Shown here: in pieces, positions 18,762 to 28,737 of the stretch | How positions within the stretch are numbered: the first letter of the stretch is position 1 | Layout: the number at the start of each line of letters is the position of its first letter | Assembly: GCA_015487495.1 (NCBI GenBank) | Contig: WFPP01000106.1 | Coordinates: 609-64,608 of the forward strand | DNA length: 64,000 nt | Direction of reading: 5' to 3' | Origin: Thiomicrorhabdus sp. | GTDB taxonomy: Bacteria; Pseudomonadota; Gammaproteobacteria; Thiomicrospirales; Thiomicrospiraceae | Program-made: the position numbers and the translations under genes | Notes under the pieces: generated by a model | Told to the model about the DNA's origin: nothing | The model's database searches: none | What the model saw: the letters and a program-made list of their open reading frames with translations, nothing else

Positions 18762-19040
18762 TTTTTAAGTAAACCTCGAGCTAAAAAATAGCATTTATTG
18801 TAAAATGCTTTAAACTAAAAAGATACAGTAAAATAATCCAAACCCTTATACAGAAACATGTACAGAAACGTGAAAAACAGTGTAAGCATTTGAAAAAACC
18901 AGGCTTTTTAAGTTTGCAGCCACAACGACAAGTTTGGCAAAGTATTTTAAATACCTGAGATTTTTCAACGGATTATGCCAAATTCGAAGTAACCTTTTCA
19001 CAGGTTGACTAAGTTATTATAAATTAAAGAGAGAATCAAT

Positions 19041-19166
19041 ATGCCTGATATGGAAAGTGTAGGAGCTGCATTGTTATTAACCCTTGGGTTTGTCATCGCC
19101 TCAATCATTATTGTCGGGCTGGCCATGTGGGGTGTTTTTCGTTTTTTTAAAAATAAAGAAAATTAA
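19041..19166 (+). CDS. Small single-pass membrane protein (41 aa), missed by ORF track
   Basis: MPDMESVGAALLLTLGFVIASIIIVGLAMWGVFRFFKNKEN; GAGAGA upstream; positive-inside tail. Confidence 0.6.
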   Translation: MPDMESVGAALLLTLGFVIASIIIVGLAMWGVFRFFKNKEN

Positions 19167-19350
19167 TCCCCCCTTACTCTTCCACTTCAAACGCCCTGAA
19201 TAATTTCCCTACAACGAAGCCGTTCCTTTTTTCGCCCATTATTATCAAATGTTCCCAAGTCATTCCTGCTTTAAACTTAAGTGATTCCAGACAGGGGGCA
19301 CTGATAGTAAGGCTTGCATAAACCGCATAAATATCCTTCTTGATCCAGCA

Positions 19351-20718
19351 TCAGTGATTACCGTGAAAAATTACACTCAGCACTTTTTTTAATCGTAAAG
19401 GCAATAAAATCGATGCTAAAAATAACCCTAATACAATGCTTAACCAAAACCCTTGAACCCCCATTGGAGCAACCACCCAATCTTTAAAAGCCAAAACATA
19501 GCCAAACCCTAACCCAATTCCCCAATAGCTTATAAAGGTGACTAACATGGTGATTTTGGAATCATGCAGTCCTCTTAATGCCCCTGCCGTTGTGACTTGA
19601 ATCGCATCAAAAACTTGGTAAGCCGCTGCAAATAACAATAAATAGGCAGCTAAATACAGCACCTCTATATCTTTGGAATATAAGCCTACAATCTCCATTC
19701 TAAAAAAATAACTGATCAAGGCTAACAACACACCTAATACCAATGCAAAGGTAAACCCCGTAATTAAACTGATTCGCAACTGCTCAATATTTTTCTCCCC
19801 ATACCCAAATCCAATTCGAACGGTTAACGCCATAGCAAAGCTGAGTGGAAGCATGAAAGCCAGTGAGGTAAAGTTAATCGCAATTTGATGCCCCGCAATG
19901 ACAACCGCTCCCAAAGGTGCGACAAACAGCGCAATCATGCTAAATAAGCTCACTTCAAAAAGCAATGCCAGAGTGGTGGGGATTCCCAAGGCTAAAATAG
20001 GCTTTAAACCTTGCGCCCAATTTGGTTTAAATACATTGGATATTTGAATAAAAGAACGAGTTCGTTCAGCTTTTACAACATAAAATAGGCCAATAAATAA
20101 CATTGCCCACATAACAAGTGCACTGGCTACCCCACACCCTGCCGCACCCATTGGTTCGATTGGTCCGACTCCATAAATAAAAATCGCATTGAGTGGAATA
20201 TTTAAAAGAAGCGCTAAAAAGCTGATCCACATGGTTGGTAACGTTGTGCCCAACCCTTCCCAAAAAAAACGTAATACTTGATAAAAAGCAATGGCTGGTA
20301 AGCCAAATGCAATATAAAACAAATAATCTTGAGTTAATTGATACACAACAGGATTTAAATTAAGTAAGTCTAATACCCACTCCAAGTTAATTAAAACGAT
20401 GAAACTAAGCAAGCCTAGCGGTATGGAAAGCCAAACGCCTTGATTGAGATAGCAAGTAATCAGATGTAACTTAGACTCTCCATTAGCCTTTGCCACCAAA
20501 GGTGTAATTGCCAACAAAATACCCGTTGAAAACATAAACACAGGCAGCATCATACTGCTACCCAACCCAATTGCCGCTAAATCATTGGTACCAACCTGAC
20601 CCGACATAAGTGTGTCAACAACGCCCAAACCTGTTAAAGCCAACTGTGCCAATAAAATAGGCAGTGCCAATTTTAATAAAAGAGCCGACTCGGCCTTAAG
20701 GCACATTAAAAATTTCAT
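19351..20718 (-). CDS. norM: MATE-family efflux transporter NorM/MdtK-like (ORF open to 20766)
   Basis: LALPILLAQL, VDTLMSGQVG, FDAIQV..AGALRG; about 12 TMs. Confidence 0.9.
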   Translation of the reverse strand: MKFLMCLKAESALLLKLALPILLAQLALTGLGVVDTLMSGQVGTNDLAAIGLGSSMMLPVFMFSTGILLAITPLVAKANGESKLHLITCYLNQGVWLSIPLGLLSFIVLINLEWVLDLLNLNPVVYQLTQDYLFYIAFGLPAIAFYQVLRFFWEGLGTTLPTMWISFLALLLNIPLNAIFIYGVGPIEPMGAAGCGVASALVMWAMLFIGLFYVVKAERTRSFIQISNVFKPNWAQGLKPILALGIPTTLALLFEVSLFSMIALFVAPLGAVVIAGHQIAINFTSLAFMLPLSFAMALTVRIGFGYGEKNIEQLRISLITGFTFALVLGVLLALISYFFRMEIVGLYSKDIEVLYLAAYLLLFAAAYQVFDAIQVTTAGALRGLHDSKITMLVTFISYWGIGLGFGYVLAFKDWVVAPMGVQGFWLSIVLGLFLASILLPLRLKKVLSVIFHGNH

Positions 20719-20731
20719 CAATCTTATCGAA

Positions 20732-21166
20732 TTAATCGGGTGCATCAGAATCTCGTGTAGATGCACGGTTTTTTGTATTTTCCTTCTTCTCAGTTTTTTT
20801 TGGTTCAGAGGCTTTCCAATACTCTTTACCGTGCTCTTTTTCTTGAGGTTTCGTTTCTTGCGCCTCTCTTAATTGGCTCGGGAAGTTTGTCTGTTCTTTT
20901 AGAATTAAAGCTTGTGGAAGTAAAAAAATAATAAATAACTTGCATCCCCAGTACACGCAGGCATACACAATAACACCAAGCATTAAAACCAGTGGAAACC
21001 CTAAAACCAAATCCACCAACAGGGTTTTCCCTGAAAAAATTTTACTCATAAATTCTTTTTGAATAAACGCAAAATACAGCCAAGCTATCACACCAAGCCA
21101 GCTCAAAAACACCACATAACGGTCTATTCCGGGTGCAATATAGTAGTTTCTAAATAATGCCAGCAT
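20732..21166 (-). CDS. Hypothetical membrane protein, two TMs and charged tail
   Basis: 144-aa ORF filling the gap in a co-oriented cluster; hydrophobic helices then K/E-rich tail. Confidence 0.7.
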   Translation of the reverse strand: MLALFRNYYIAPGIDRYVVFLSWLGVIAWLYFAFIQKEFMSKIFSGKTLLVDLVLGFPLVLMLGVIVYACVYWGCKLFIIFLLPQALILKEQTNFPSQLREAQETKPQEKEHGKEYWKASEPKKTEKKENTKNRASTRDSDAPD

Positions 21167-21214
21167 ATTTTGTAAACCTTTATGGATGAAAATGATTAAG
21201 AATTTGAAACAAGG

Positions 21215-21320
21215 TTAAGGAATCTCTGAATAAGTCCATGTTTCATCAGGAACAAGCATGCAAGTCATTGATTAATAAAATGACGAAAATGTTGATTGGA
21301 CTTATTCAGAGCTTACTTAA
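21215..21320. mobile_element. IS5-type MITE copy A (98 bp plus TTAA flanks)
   Basis: TIR GGAATCTCTGAATAAGTC / GACTTATTCAGAGCTTAC, TTAA both sides; about 90% identical by eye to the reverse complement of 24829-24927. Confidence 0.85.
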
Positions 21321-21927
21321 GTGAACTCGATGACAGTTTTTGAAAAAATAACCATTGCAATGCAATATAAGTTGCTGCAACTTGAAATTCAGCATTTAAC
21401 AATTTATTTTTGGCTTCGATAAAGCTAAGAGAGACAATTTTAATATCCTCTCCTTCACTTTCTTGCCCAGCGTAATCGACCACCTCATCAATGGAAATAT
21501 CAGCCGCATACAGATAGTGTTGCTCATCACACGCACCTGGTGACGGGTAGTATTGGCAAATAAATTCCAATTCCGTTAAAGTCACCCCTGTCTCTTCATT
21601 TGCCTCTCGAATACCCGCTTCAATAACAGATTCTCCTGCATCAATCATGCCTGCGAGAGGCTCTAATAACCAGGCTTTCTCTGGTGATTGAGATTTTTCT
21701 TGAACATTAAACACGGCTCCCACCCTGCATTGCTCCACTAAAATAACCCGTTCGGTACGAGAGTCATATAACAAAACAACCACAGCATGACCACGTTGGA
21801 ATAACTCCCTTTCTAAAGAAGGAGAAGTTTTACCATTATAAAGTGTGTGCGTAAAACATAACTGCTTGGTATTAAAAAAACCACTGTAAAGAGGCTTTAT
21901 CGCTTGAATGATCAGTTGTTTTTTCAA
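21313..21927 (-). CDS. nudF: ADP-ribose pyrophosphatase (Nudix)
   Basis: ERELFQRGHAVVVL, Nudix box GMID.GES..EAGIREANEETG, EGEDI. Confidence 0.9.
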   Translation of the reverse strand: MKKQLIIQAIKPLYSGFFNTKQLCFTHTLYNGKTSPSLERELFQRGHAVVVLLYDSRTERVILVEQCRVGAVFNVQEKSQSPEKAWLLEPLAGMIDAGESVIEAGIREANEETGVTLTELEFICQYYPSPGACDEQHYLYAADISIDEVVDYAGQESEGEDIKIVSLSFIEAKNKLLNAEFQVAATYIALQWLFFQKLSSSSLK

Positions 21928-22010
21928 AAAAACTCCCCCCCCCTGACTTATGCAAGGGCCTTGCTTTATTTTAGAACCGTTGTATTGTCAGGTAGCCTTT
22001 CAAAAAAAGA

Positions 22011-23084
22011 TTATTGAATTTCAATAATTGGAACACGAGGGGTAATCCCACACAATAATTCATAACTAATGGTACCTGCCCATCTGGCCACCTCATCAAC
22101 ACTAAGAGCGTCTCCCCATAATATGGCCAAGCTACCAATATGTACGCTGTCTGCATAGGCTGTAATGTCTACGGCAATCATGTCCATAGAAACTCGGCCA
22201 ATTAAGGAAACCCGTTGGCCATCTACCAAAACAGGGGTGCCTGTTGGGGCATGGCGTGGATAGCCATCACCATAACCAATCGCAATAACAGCCACACAAG
22301 TTTCCTTTTTTGCTTGCCATTGGTTTCCATAACCAACATACTCACCTGCCTGAACCCATTTAATGGCAATGACTTTCGATTCCAGTTGCATAACCGGTTT
22401 AAGATGAGAAGCGGTTTGACCAGCACCATACAATAAAATACCTGGACGCACCCAATCAAACGTATGACAACTGTAATGAACCAATCCTGCTGAATTTAAC
22501 AAACTTTTAGAAAAATGATACGGTTGGCAAATTTTATTAAACTGTTTTATCTGATTTTTTGTGAACGAAGTCGCCACACTGTCTTTTTCATCTGCGGACG
22601 CTAAATGTGACATAAGGTGAATATTAAAATGATTTAAATTTTGTTGAAGTTGCTGAATCACACCCGAAACGCATTCCAGTGAAAACCCCAATCGATGCAT
22701 TCCAGTATCAATTTTAAGCCAAACATTAATAACTGAGGTGGTTTGATAATTTAAGAGCCATTGCAACTGATATTCGGAATGAATCACAAGATCCAAACGG
22801 TTTTGAATAGCCAACGGTAGCTCCACTTCAGAAAAAAGTCCTTCTAAAAGTAAAATACGGTGCAAAAAACCCTTTTGGCGCAATGCCAGAGCTTCATCAA
22901 TAGAAGCAACCCCAAAGGCATCAGCCCCTGCAAGTTGTTGGGCAACCCGACAAATTCCATGACCATAACCGTTGGCTTTCACCACTGCTAATACTTTACT
23001 GTCAGGCGCAAGCAATTTAGCAATCGTTAAGTTATGGCGCAAAGCAGGCAAATTAATGTAAGCTTTTGCTGGGCGATAAAACAT
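22011..23084 (-). CDS. alr: Alanine racemase
   Basis: AVVKANGYGHG PLP-lysine, DTGMHRLG, VRPGILLYG, GYGDGYPR, GRVSMDM. Confidence 0.97.
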   Translation of the reverse strand: MFYRPAKAYINLPALRHNLTIAKLLAPDSKVLAVVKANGYGHGICRVAQQLAGADAFGVASIDEALALRQKGFLHRILLLEGLFSEVELPLAIQNRLDLVIHSEYQLQWLLNYQTTSVINVWLKIDTGMHRLGFSLECVSGVIQQLQQNLNHFNIHLMSHLASADEKDSVATSFTKNQIKQFNKICQPYHFSKSLLNSAGLVHYSCHTFDWVRPGILLYGAGQTASHLKPVMQLESKVIAIKWVQAGEYVGYGNQWQAKKETCVAVIAIGYGDGYPRHAPTGTPVLVDGQRVSLIGRVSMDMIAVDITAYADSVHIGSLAILWGDALSVDEVARWAGTISYELLCGITPRVPIIEIQ

Positions 23085-23123
23085 AATTAACAACCCAGGC
23101 TTATTTCGTAATAAGGCTGCACT

Positions 23124-24581
23124 TTAATAGTATCCATCAGCCACCTCAAATCCTGCATGATTTTCAAATCGTGTGTATTCACCAATAAAGGTCAATCGAA
23201 CCGTTCCCAATGCACCATTTCGGTGTTTTCCAAGAATAATTTCTGCTGTACCTTTGTCTTCTGTCTCTGCGTTATAAACCTCATCCCGGTAAATAAAAAT
23301 AATTAAATCGGCATCCTGCTCAATCGCTCCAGACTCTCTCAAATCAGACATAACAGGACGTTTATTCGGACGCTGCTCCAAGCTACGGTTTAACTGAGAC
23401 AGTGCAATCACTGGAACATCCAGTTCTTTGGCCAACGCCTTAAGCCCACGTGAAATTTCAGATATTTCATTTACACGGTTTTCAGCATTTGCAGAGCCAC
23501 GCATTAACTGAATATAATCGACAACAATCAACCCTAACCCCGTAACGTGTGCCTCAGGGTTTTCATGCCCTGCTTCTGTTGCCTCTTGACGTTGTAGCTC
23601 ACGAAGGTCTTTATCTATCCGGCGTGCTCTTGCCCTTAGTTCAGTAATCATCAAAGCAGGGGTATCATCAATAAAAATTTTGGCTTGAGACAAAACATTA
23701 ATTGCTTTATTCAATTTTGGCCAATCATCTTGCGCAAGTTTTCCTGTACGCATTCGGCCAGCATCAATTCGACCAATGGAACTGATCATACGCATGGCCA
23801 ACGATTCTCCAGGCATTTCCATACTAAAAACAGCAACAGAAGCCTTGTTTTTAGTGGCAATATTTTCAGCTAAATTCATTGAAAAAGTGGTCTTACCCAT
23901 CGATGGGCGCCCTGCTACAATAATTAAATCCGATTTTTGCAATCCAGCTGTAAGTTCATCAAACTCAGTTAAATGCGTTTCCTGTCCGGTTATGCTGCCT
24001 TCCGTATTAAATAACTCATCAATCTTATTAATCGCCGATTCCAGCAAGACATCCATGGTTTTATATTGACGTTCTTTGCCTTCACCATGCTCAGCAATGG
24101 CATTTATCTTAGATTCAGCAATATCCAAAATTTCACGAACATCTCGTCCTTGAGGAAAATAAGCCGTTTCTGATATTTCATTACTGGCCGTAATTAATCC
24201 CCTTAAAATAGCCTTATCTCGTACCAATTGAGCGTAATATAAAATATTTGCCGCTCCTGGAGTGTTTTTAACCAAGTCAACCAGATACGATTTATCACCA
24301 GCTTGTTCCAATTGACCAATAGATTCCAAGTAAGCCACACAAGCAACTAAATCAAAAGGTTTATTGTGACGGCTTAACTCATTAATCACTGAAAAAATAA
24401 TTTGATGTTGCTTGGTATAAAAATCCATTTCATTTAAAACCCCCACCACATCATCAAACATTTCATTGGCTAACATTAACCCTCCTAAAACAGACTGTTC
24501 TGCTTCTAAAGAGTGCGGGGGGACTTTAAATAAATCATCTGTAGTGGATGAAACAGATAATTGAGAAGAGGTCGTGTTCAT
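23124..24581 (-). CDS. dnaB: Replicative DNA helicase
   Basis: PPHSLEAEQSVLG, GRPSMGKT, VDYIQLM, LSQLNRSLEQR, DLRESGAIEQDAD. Confidence 0.98.
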   Translation of the reverse strand: MNTTSSQLSVSSTTDDLFKVPPHSLEAEQSVLGGLMLANEMFDDVVGVLNEMDFYTKQHQIIFSVINELSRHNKPFDLVACVAYLESIGQLEQAGDKSYLVDLVKNTPGAANILYYAQLVRDKAILRGLITASNEISETAYFPQGRDVREILDIAESKINAIAEHGEGKERQYKTMDVLLESAINKIDELFNTEGSITGQETHLTEFDELTAGLQKSDLIIVAGRPSMGKTTFSMNLAENIATKNKASVAVFSMEMPGESLAMRMISSIGRIDAGRMRTGKLAQDDWPKLNKAINVLSQAKIFIDDTPALMITELRARARRIDKDLRELQRQEATEAGHENPEAHVTGLGLIVVDYIQLMRGSANAENRVNEISEISRGLKALAKELDVPVIALSQLNRSLEQRPNKRPVMSDLRESGAIEQDADLIIFIYRDEVYNAETEDKGTAEIILGKHRNGALGTVRLTFIGEYTRFENHAGFEVADGYY

Positions 24582-24662
24582 AATTTAGAGATAACAACTT
24601 ATTAAGCGCTAAAATGAAAACGCTATTATACCGTTATAACCATCTAAAATGATAAGAGAAAA

Positions 24663-24690
24663 TTAAGGAGGCGCGGATTAAATCGCTTGG
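24663..24690. repeat. Degenerate 24-bp IS5-type micro-element
   Basis: TTAA-GGAGGCGCGGATTAAATCGCTTGG; shares GATTAAATCGCTT with the 729 and 54398 copies. Confidence 0.55.
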
Positions 24691-24723
24691 ATTCAGGGCA
24701 AGTCCAATTTTTTAACTTAAAAC

Positions 24724-24759
24724 AAAAAAAGCGAGTCCATTAACTGGACTCGCTTTTTT
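24724..24759. terminator. Bidirectional intrinsic terminator downstream of rplI
   Basis: A7-GCGAGTCCA-TTAAC-TGGACTCGC-T6. Confidence 0.9.
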
Positions 24760-24824
24760 ATTAAGCGCTTTACAACAAGAAAATTTAAATTCGCTTACAA
24801 ATAAAACCTTTAAGGAAAGACTGA

Positions 24825-24931
24825 TTAAGGAACCTCTGATTAAGTCCCAATCAACATTTTCGTCATTTTATTAATCAATGACTTACATGCTTGTTTTTGA
24901 TAAAAAATGGACTTATTCAAAGGTTCCTTAA
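24825..24931. mobile_element. IS5-type MITE copy B (99 bp plus TTAA flanks)
   Basis: TIR GGAACCTCTGATTAAGTC / GACTTATTCAAAGGTTCC; TTAA duplication. Confidence 0.85.
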
Positions 24932-24982
24932 GTATTCAAAGACATTTATTCAAGCAAACCTAACTTCTCTTGCAATAAAAGA

Positions 24983-25435
24983 TTACGCTTCGATTGCTTT
25001 TACTTCAACTGTAATGGAAGCAACCACATCGGTATGCAATTGAATATCAATTTCATAAGTACCAATGTGACGTAACGCACCATCAGGCATACGAACATCA
25101 CGACGCTCAACGTCAAAGCCATCCGCTTTAAGTGCATCCGCAATATCTTGAGTACCAATTGACCCAAACAGTTTCCCCTCATCACCTGCGGTTGCTTCAA
25201 GTGTGGTTACTTGACCATTTAAGTTCTCAAAAATACCTTGTGCTACCGCTAATTTAGCCGCTGCCGCTTTTTCTAACTCAGCACGAATTTCAGCAAATGC
25301 TGCAATATTTTCTTTTGTGGCTGCTTTCGCTTTTCCCTTAGGAATTAAATAGTTACGAGCATAACCAGACTTAACCGATACCTGATCACCTAAAACACCC
25401 AAATTTTGTACTTTTTCAAGCAGAATAACATTCAT
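24983..25435 (-). CDS. rplI: 50S ribosomal protein L9
   Basis: [37 protein letters not shown]. Confidence 0.98.
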   Translation of the reverse strand: MNVILLEKVQNLGVLGDQVSVKSGYARNYLIPKGKAKAATKENIAAFAEIRAELEKAAAAKLAVAQGIFENLNGQVTTLEATAGDEGKLFGSIGTQDIADALKADGFDVERRDVRMPDGALRHIGTYEIDIQLHTDVVASITVEVKAIEA

Positions 25436-25446
25436 AGCTTAAACCT

Positions 25447-26343
25447 CTATAATTCTTCTTTTTTCCATCGGCTTCGAAAATCGATCCAAGTATCAACTAA
25501 ACCGATGGTTGCTAATATCAACATCGTTTGTGGAAATAAAAATAACAGGATATACAGTCCAACTAACCAAGCCGTATGCAGCTTTTTAATGGCAACCGTT
25601 TGATGTGCAATGGCAAGCCCTTGAAACATCAACCCAACAATAACCACGGCAGTAATATCAGAAATCAATCCTGTCTCTTGCCCTAATACCAACCCTGTAA
25701 TGGCCAATACAATAGCAATATAAGCCGTTGATTTAGGCAGTCTTAATTGATAAAAATCAATTTTAAACTGACCTGGGTGGTATAACTCACTTTGCCACCA
25801 GCGCCCTATTGTTAAAATAGAGAACCACAAAACAACCGCAAATACGGCGGTAAGCATGGTAAGCATATTAGCAACATCAGCAATCATATCTGGCTGATAT
25901 TCTAAACCAGAAGCCTCTAAAACAGGCGCAAGATGCTGATTAAACAGTGCTAACCACCAGTCTGCTGGATTTGAAATCATGAGATAAACCCCAATCAAGC
26001 CCAACCCAGCTACAATCATTGCAAACTGAAGTGCGGTAGCTAATGAGTTTGTTTGTCTTAAAATGACACTCATTACCCAAACAGGCAACATGTACTCCAT
26101 CATTGCCAAAATTCCAGGCCAATATTGACCTGATATCATAACCGACAAGAACAGGTTAACCACGACAGCAACGGCAAGAGTTTTAAAACCTTCTGTTACT
26201 GAAATCCGCAAGGTAACCAAAGCAATGATTCCCCCAACCAACAGTCCAAAAGGGGCAATCCAAACACTTAATGCTGAGAATAAACTCACCGCGATCAGGG
26301 CCTGCATCGGCCCTTTCATTGAATAAGTTGCAATTCCTAGCAT
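25447..26343 (-). CDS. DUF2232/YybS-like integral membrane protein
   Basis: Multi-TM protein between rpsR and rplI, ending GLVDTWIDFRSR. Confidence 0.8.
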   Translation of the reverse strand: MLGIATYSMKGPMQALIAVSLFSALSVWIAPFGLLVGGIIALVTLRISVTEGFKTLAVAVVVNLFLSVMISGQYWPGILAMMEYMLPVWVMSVILRQTNSLATALQFAMIVAGLGLIGVYLMISNPADWWLALFNQHLAPVLEASGLEYQPDMIADVANMLTMLTAVFAVVLWFSILTIGRWWQSELYHPGQFKIDFYQLRLPKSTAYIAIVLAITGLVLGQETGLISDITAVVIVGLMFQGLAIAHQTVAIKKLHTAWLVGLYILLFLFPQTMLILATIGLVDTWIDFRSRWKKEEL

Positions 26344-26380
26344 TTAATACCTGTTAATTTTTATTCTTATTCAAACAATT

Positions 26381-26608
26381 TTACTTATGTTGATCCGTAT
26401 ATGGCAGTAACGCAAGGTAGCGTGCACGTTTAATTGCTGTTGCCAATTGACGTTGATACTTAGCACTGGTGCCAGTAATACGACTAGGAACAATTTTTCC
26501 TGTTTCTGTAATATACGATTTCAACGTATCTAAATCTTTGTAATCAATCTGTTTTACGCCATCTGCTGTAAAACGACAGAATTTTTTTCTTCCAAATCCT
26601 CTAGCCAT
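26381..26608 (-). CDS. rpsR: 30S ribosomal protein S18
   Basis: [33 protein letters not shown]. Confidence 0.98.
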   Translation of the reverse strand: MARGFGRKKFCRFTADGVKQIDYKDLDTLKSYITETGKIVPSRITGTSAKYQRQLATAIKRARYLALLPYTDQHK

Positions 26609-26975
26609 TCTGAGCTCCTTGACGACGTGAATCACGACGCTTATCCAATTTTTCATCTTTCTTTGCCAACATAACTGAAGGCTCGGTTAATGCTGTTTTT
26701 TGCTTAACAACCATGCTGCGTAACACGGCATCGTTATAATAAAAAGCATTCTCTAATTCATCCAGCGCTTCTTGACCACACTCGATATTCAATAAAATGT
26801 AGTGAGCTTTATGTACCTTGTTAATAAGGTAAGCAAGTTGACGGCGACCCCAATCTTCTAAACGGTGAATTTTTCCACCAGACTGTTCAATAAGGGTACG
26901 GTAACGTTCTAGCATTGCAGGAACCTGTTCAGACTGATCAGGGTGCACTAGAAATATAACTTCATAATGACGCAT
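26601..26975 (-). CDS. rpsF: 30S ribosomal protein S6
   Basis: [28 protein letters not shown]. Confidence 0.98.
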   Translation of the reverse strand: MRHYEVIFLVHPDQSEQVPAMLERYRTLIEQSGGKIHRLEDWGRRQLAYLINKVHKAHYILLNIECGQEALDELENAFYYNDAVLRSMVVKQKTALTEPSVMLAKKDEKLDKRRDSRRQGAQNG

Positions 26976-26983
26976 TTATTTCT

Positions 26984-27100
26984 TCCTTATGGATTATAAA
27001 AAGTCTCCCAACATTAAAAAAACTTTATACGAGAGGCACCGAATTTTTTATTTCGTGCCTTCTGTATAAAAACTTATTAAAAAAGTCAGTGAGACAAGGA
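26984..27100 (-). promoter_or_regulatory. Probable S6:S18 autoregulatory leader of rpsF
   Basis: Minus strand TCCTT pairs with the AAGGA RBS, GTCTC with GAGAC, enclosing a long hairpin; architecture of the known gammaproteobacterial rpsF leader. Confidence 0.6.
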
Positions 27101-27229
27101 TTTTTTCAAACATCAAAGCCTGAAAGGCGCGAATTATAACGCAATAAAACAACCATTTCAAGCCCTTCCCCTTCCTTTAAGGCGCCTCTGATTACATAAA
27201 ACGTTCAGCAAAGGTACGATCACTTTTTT

Positions 27230-27928
27230 TCAAGAAATCGTTGAGTTAATTTCAACAAGCACTTTTTGTGGGTCAACTGCTTGTGTAATAGGGCGACCAA
27301 TTACTAAATAGCTTGCACCTGCTTTTATCGCCTGACTTGGTGTCATAATGCGCTTCTGATCATTGCTTGCGCTTCCCTTTGGACGAATGCCAGGGGTTAC
27401 CAAACAAAAACCCTCCCCTAGAACTCGGCGTAATGCTATTGCTTCTTGAGCAGAGCACACTACGCCATCCAGCCCAGAATCCTGGGCCAAACGTGCCAAA
27501 CGCATGACATTTTCTTCGGGAGAGCCTGATAAGCCAATTTCATTCAAATCTTCCTGCTCCATACTGGTCAAGACGGTTACCGCAATCAATAAAGGAGGCT
27601 TTTCATATTCGTTAAGTGCTTCTTTTGCTGCTTGCATCATTTTACGCCCACCTAGTGCATGAACATTAACCATCCATACTCCCAAGTTTGCTGCGGCTTG
27701 AATGGCTTTCGCCACTGTATTTGGAATGTCGTGATATTTGAGGTCTAAAAAAACATCAAACCCCTTGGAAATTAAAGCGTTAACCAACTCAGGCCCCCCA
27801 ACCGCAAACAGCTCTTTACCTACTTTTAGGCGACACCATTCAGGATCCAGTTTTTTTGTGAAATTCAATGCGGAATCACGATCTGCAAAATCAAGTGCAA
27901 TCAGTATTTTGGGGTCATTTTGAAGCAT
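27230..27928 (-). CDS. pyrF: Orotidine-5'-phosphate decarboxylase
   Basis: [32 protein letters not shown]. Confidence 0.97.
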   Translation of the reverse strand: MLQNDPKILIALDFADRDSALNFTKKLDPEWCRLKVGKELFAVGGPELVNALISKGFDVFLDLKYHDIPNTVAKAIQAAANLGVWMVNVHALGGRKMMQAAKEALNEYEKPPLLIAVTVLTSMEQEDLNEIGLSGSPEENVMRLARLAQDSGLDGVVCSAQEAIALRRVLGEGFCLVTPGIRPKGSASNDQKRIMTPSQAIKAGASYLVIGRPITQAVDPQKVLVEINSTIS

Positions 27929-28274
27929 TTACATCTACCTGTTTTTCTAATTTAACCAATGAATTATCGTTATTTCTTAATGTTTCATCATTACGAGACA
28001 AGCGCGTTTTTAACACAACAATTTCATTGAGTCTTTTTTTATTAATACCAGCCTGTTTTCGTATTTGCCATTTTAGGCGAGCAATCTGAAAACTTGAACC
28101 CAGCACACCCAACAGAGCCCCCAATACCAATGTAACCGCTAAAACCAATCCTAAAGGCAATTCCATCTTAATTAAAAACACATCTAGAGTAACGGGAGCT
28201 GGATTTAAAACACCTAACACAATCCCTAATATCAATAAAACAAGACTAACGATGACTATAAACAATTTAAACAT
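27915..28274 (-). CDS. lapA: Lipopolysaccharide assembly protein LapA-domain protein
   Basis: Two TMs with LN...VTLD...ELPLG linker then basic coiled tail; position between ihfB and pyrF. Confidence 0.75.
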   Translation of the reverse strand: MFKLFIVIVSLVLLILGIVLGVLNPAPVTLDVFLIKMELPLGLVLAVTLVLGALLGVLGSSFQIARLKWQIRKQAGINKKRLNEIVVLKTRLSRNDETLRNNDNSLVKLEKQVDVNASK

Positions 28275-28394
28275 GATAATTTTCTCTATTTAAGAGAGGT
28301 TTATTTGTGTGAACATATTTTAATAAGACTTGAAATATGCCGTACGAAAAAACACTCGTTTAAAACAAAAGGATGAAGATGATTATAGAGGAAT

Positions 28395-28426
28395 AAAAAA
28401 AAAGGGCTACAAAAGTAGCCCTTTTT
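28395..28426 (-). terminator. Intrinsic terminator after ihfB
   Basis: GGGCTAC-AAAA-GTAGCCC flanked by A9 and T5. Confidence 0.85.
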
Positions 28427-28431
28427 CAGGA

Positions 28432-28737
28432 TTAAAATAGAATTTCTGTGGTCTCTTTAGACTCATCAACTCGCTCTTTTAAAGACTTACCCGGTTTAAA
28501 ATGAGGAACACGTTTGTCAGATAATTCAACCGTCTCTCCCGTTTTAGGGTTTCGCCCTACTCGCGCTTTCCGATAATGAAGACTAAAGCTACCAAAACCA
28601 CGAATCTCAATACGTTCACCTTGAGATAGGGTTTCTATCATCGAATCCACAATTTGATTCACTGCAATCTCAATGTCTTTCTGAGAAAATTGAGTTTGTT
28701 TTCGTGCAATGAGTTCAATAATTTCTGACTTCGTCAT
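28432..28737 (-). CDS. ihfB: Integration host factor beta subunit
   Basis: [38 protein letters not shown]. Confidence 0.97.
   Translation of the reverse strand: MTKSEIIELIARKQTQFSQKDIEIAVNQIVDSMIETLSQGERIEIRGFGSFSLHYRKARVGRNPKTGETVELSDKRVPHFKPGKSLKERVDESKETTEILF

Noticed and set aside
23124-24581. Intein in DnaB or GyrA
   Set aside because: Both known DnaB insertion motifs (P-loop region and RESG) are uninterrupted and protein lengths are normal
26381-26975. Absence of priB between rpsF and rpsR
   Set aside because: Common in many proteobacteria; not informative
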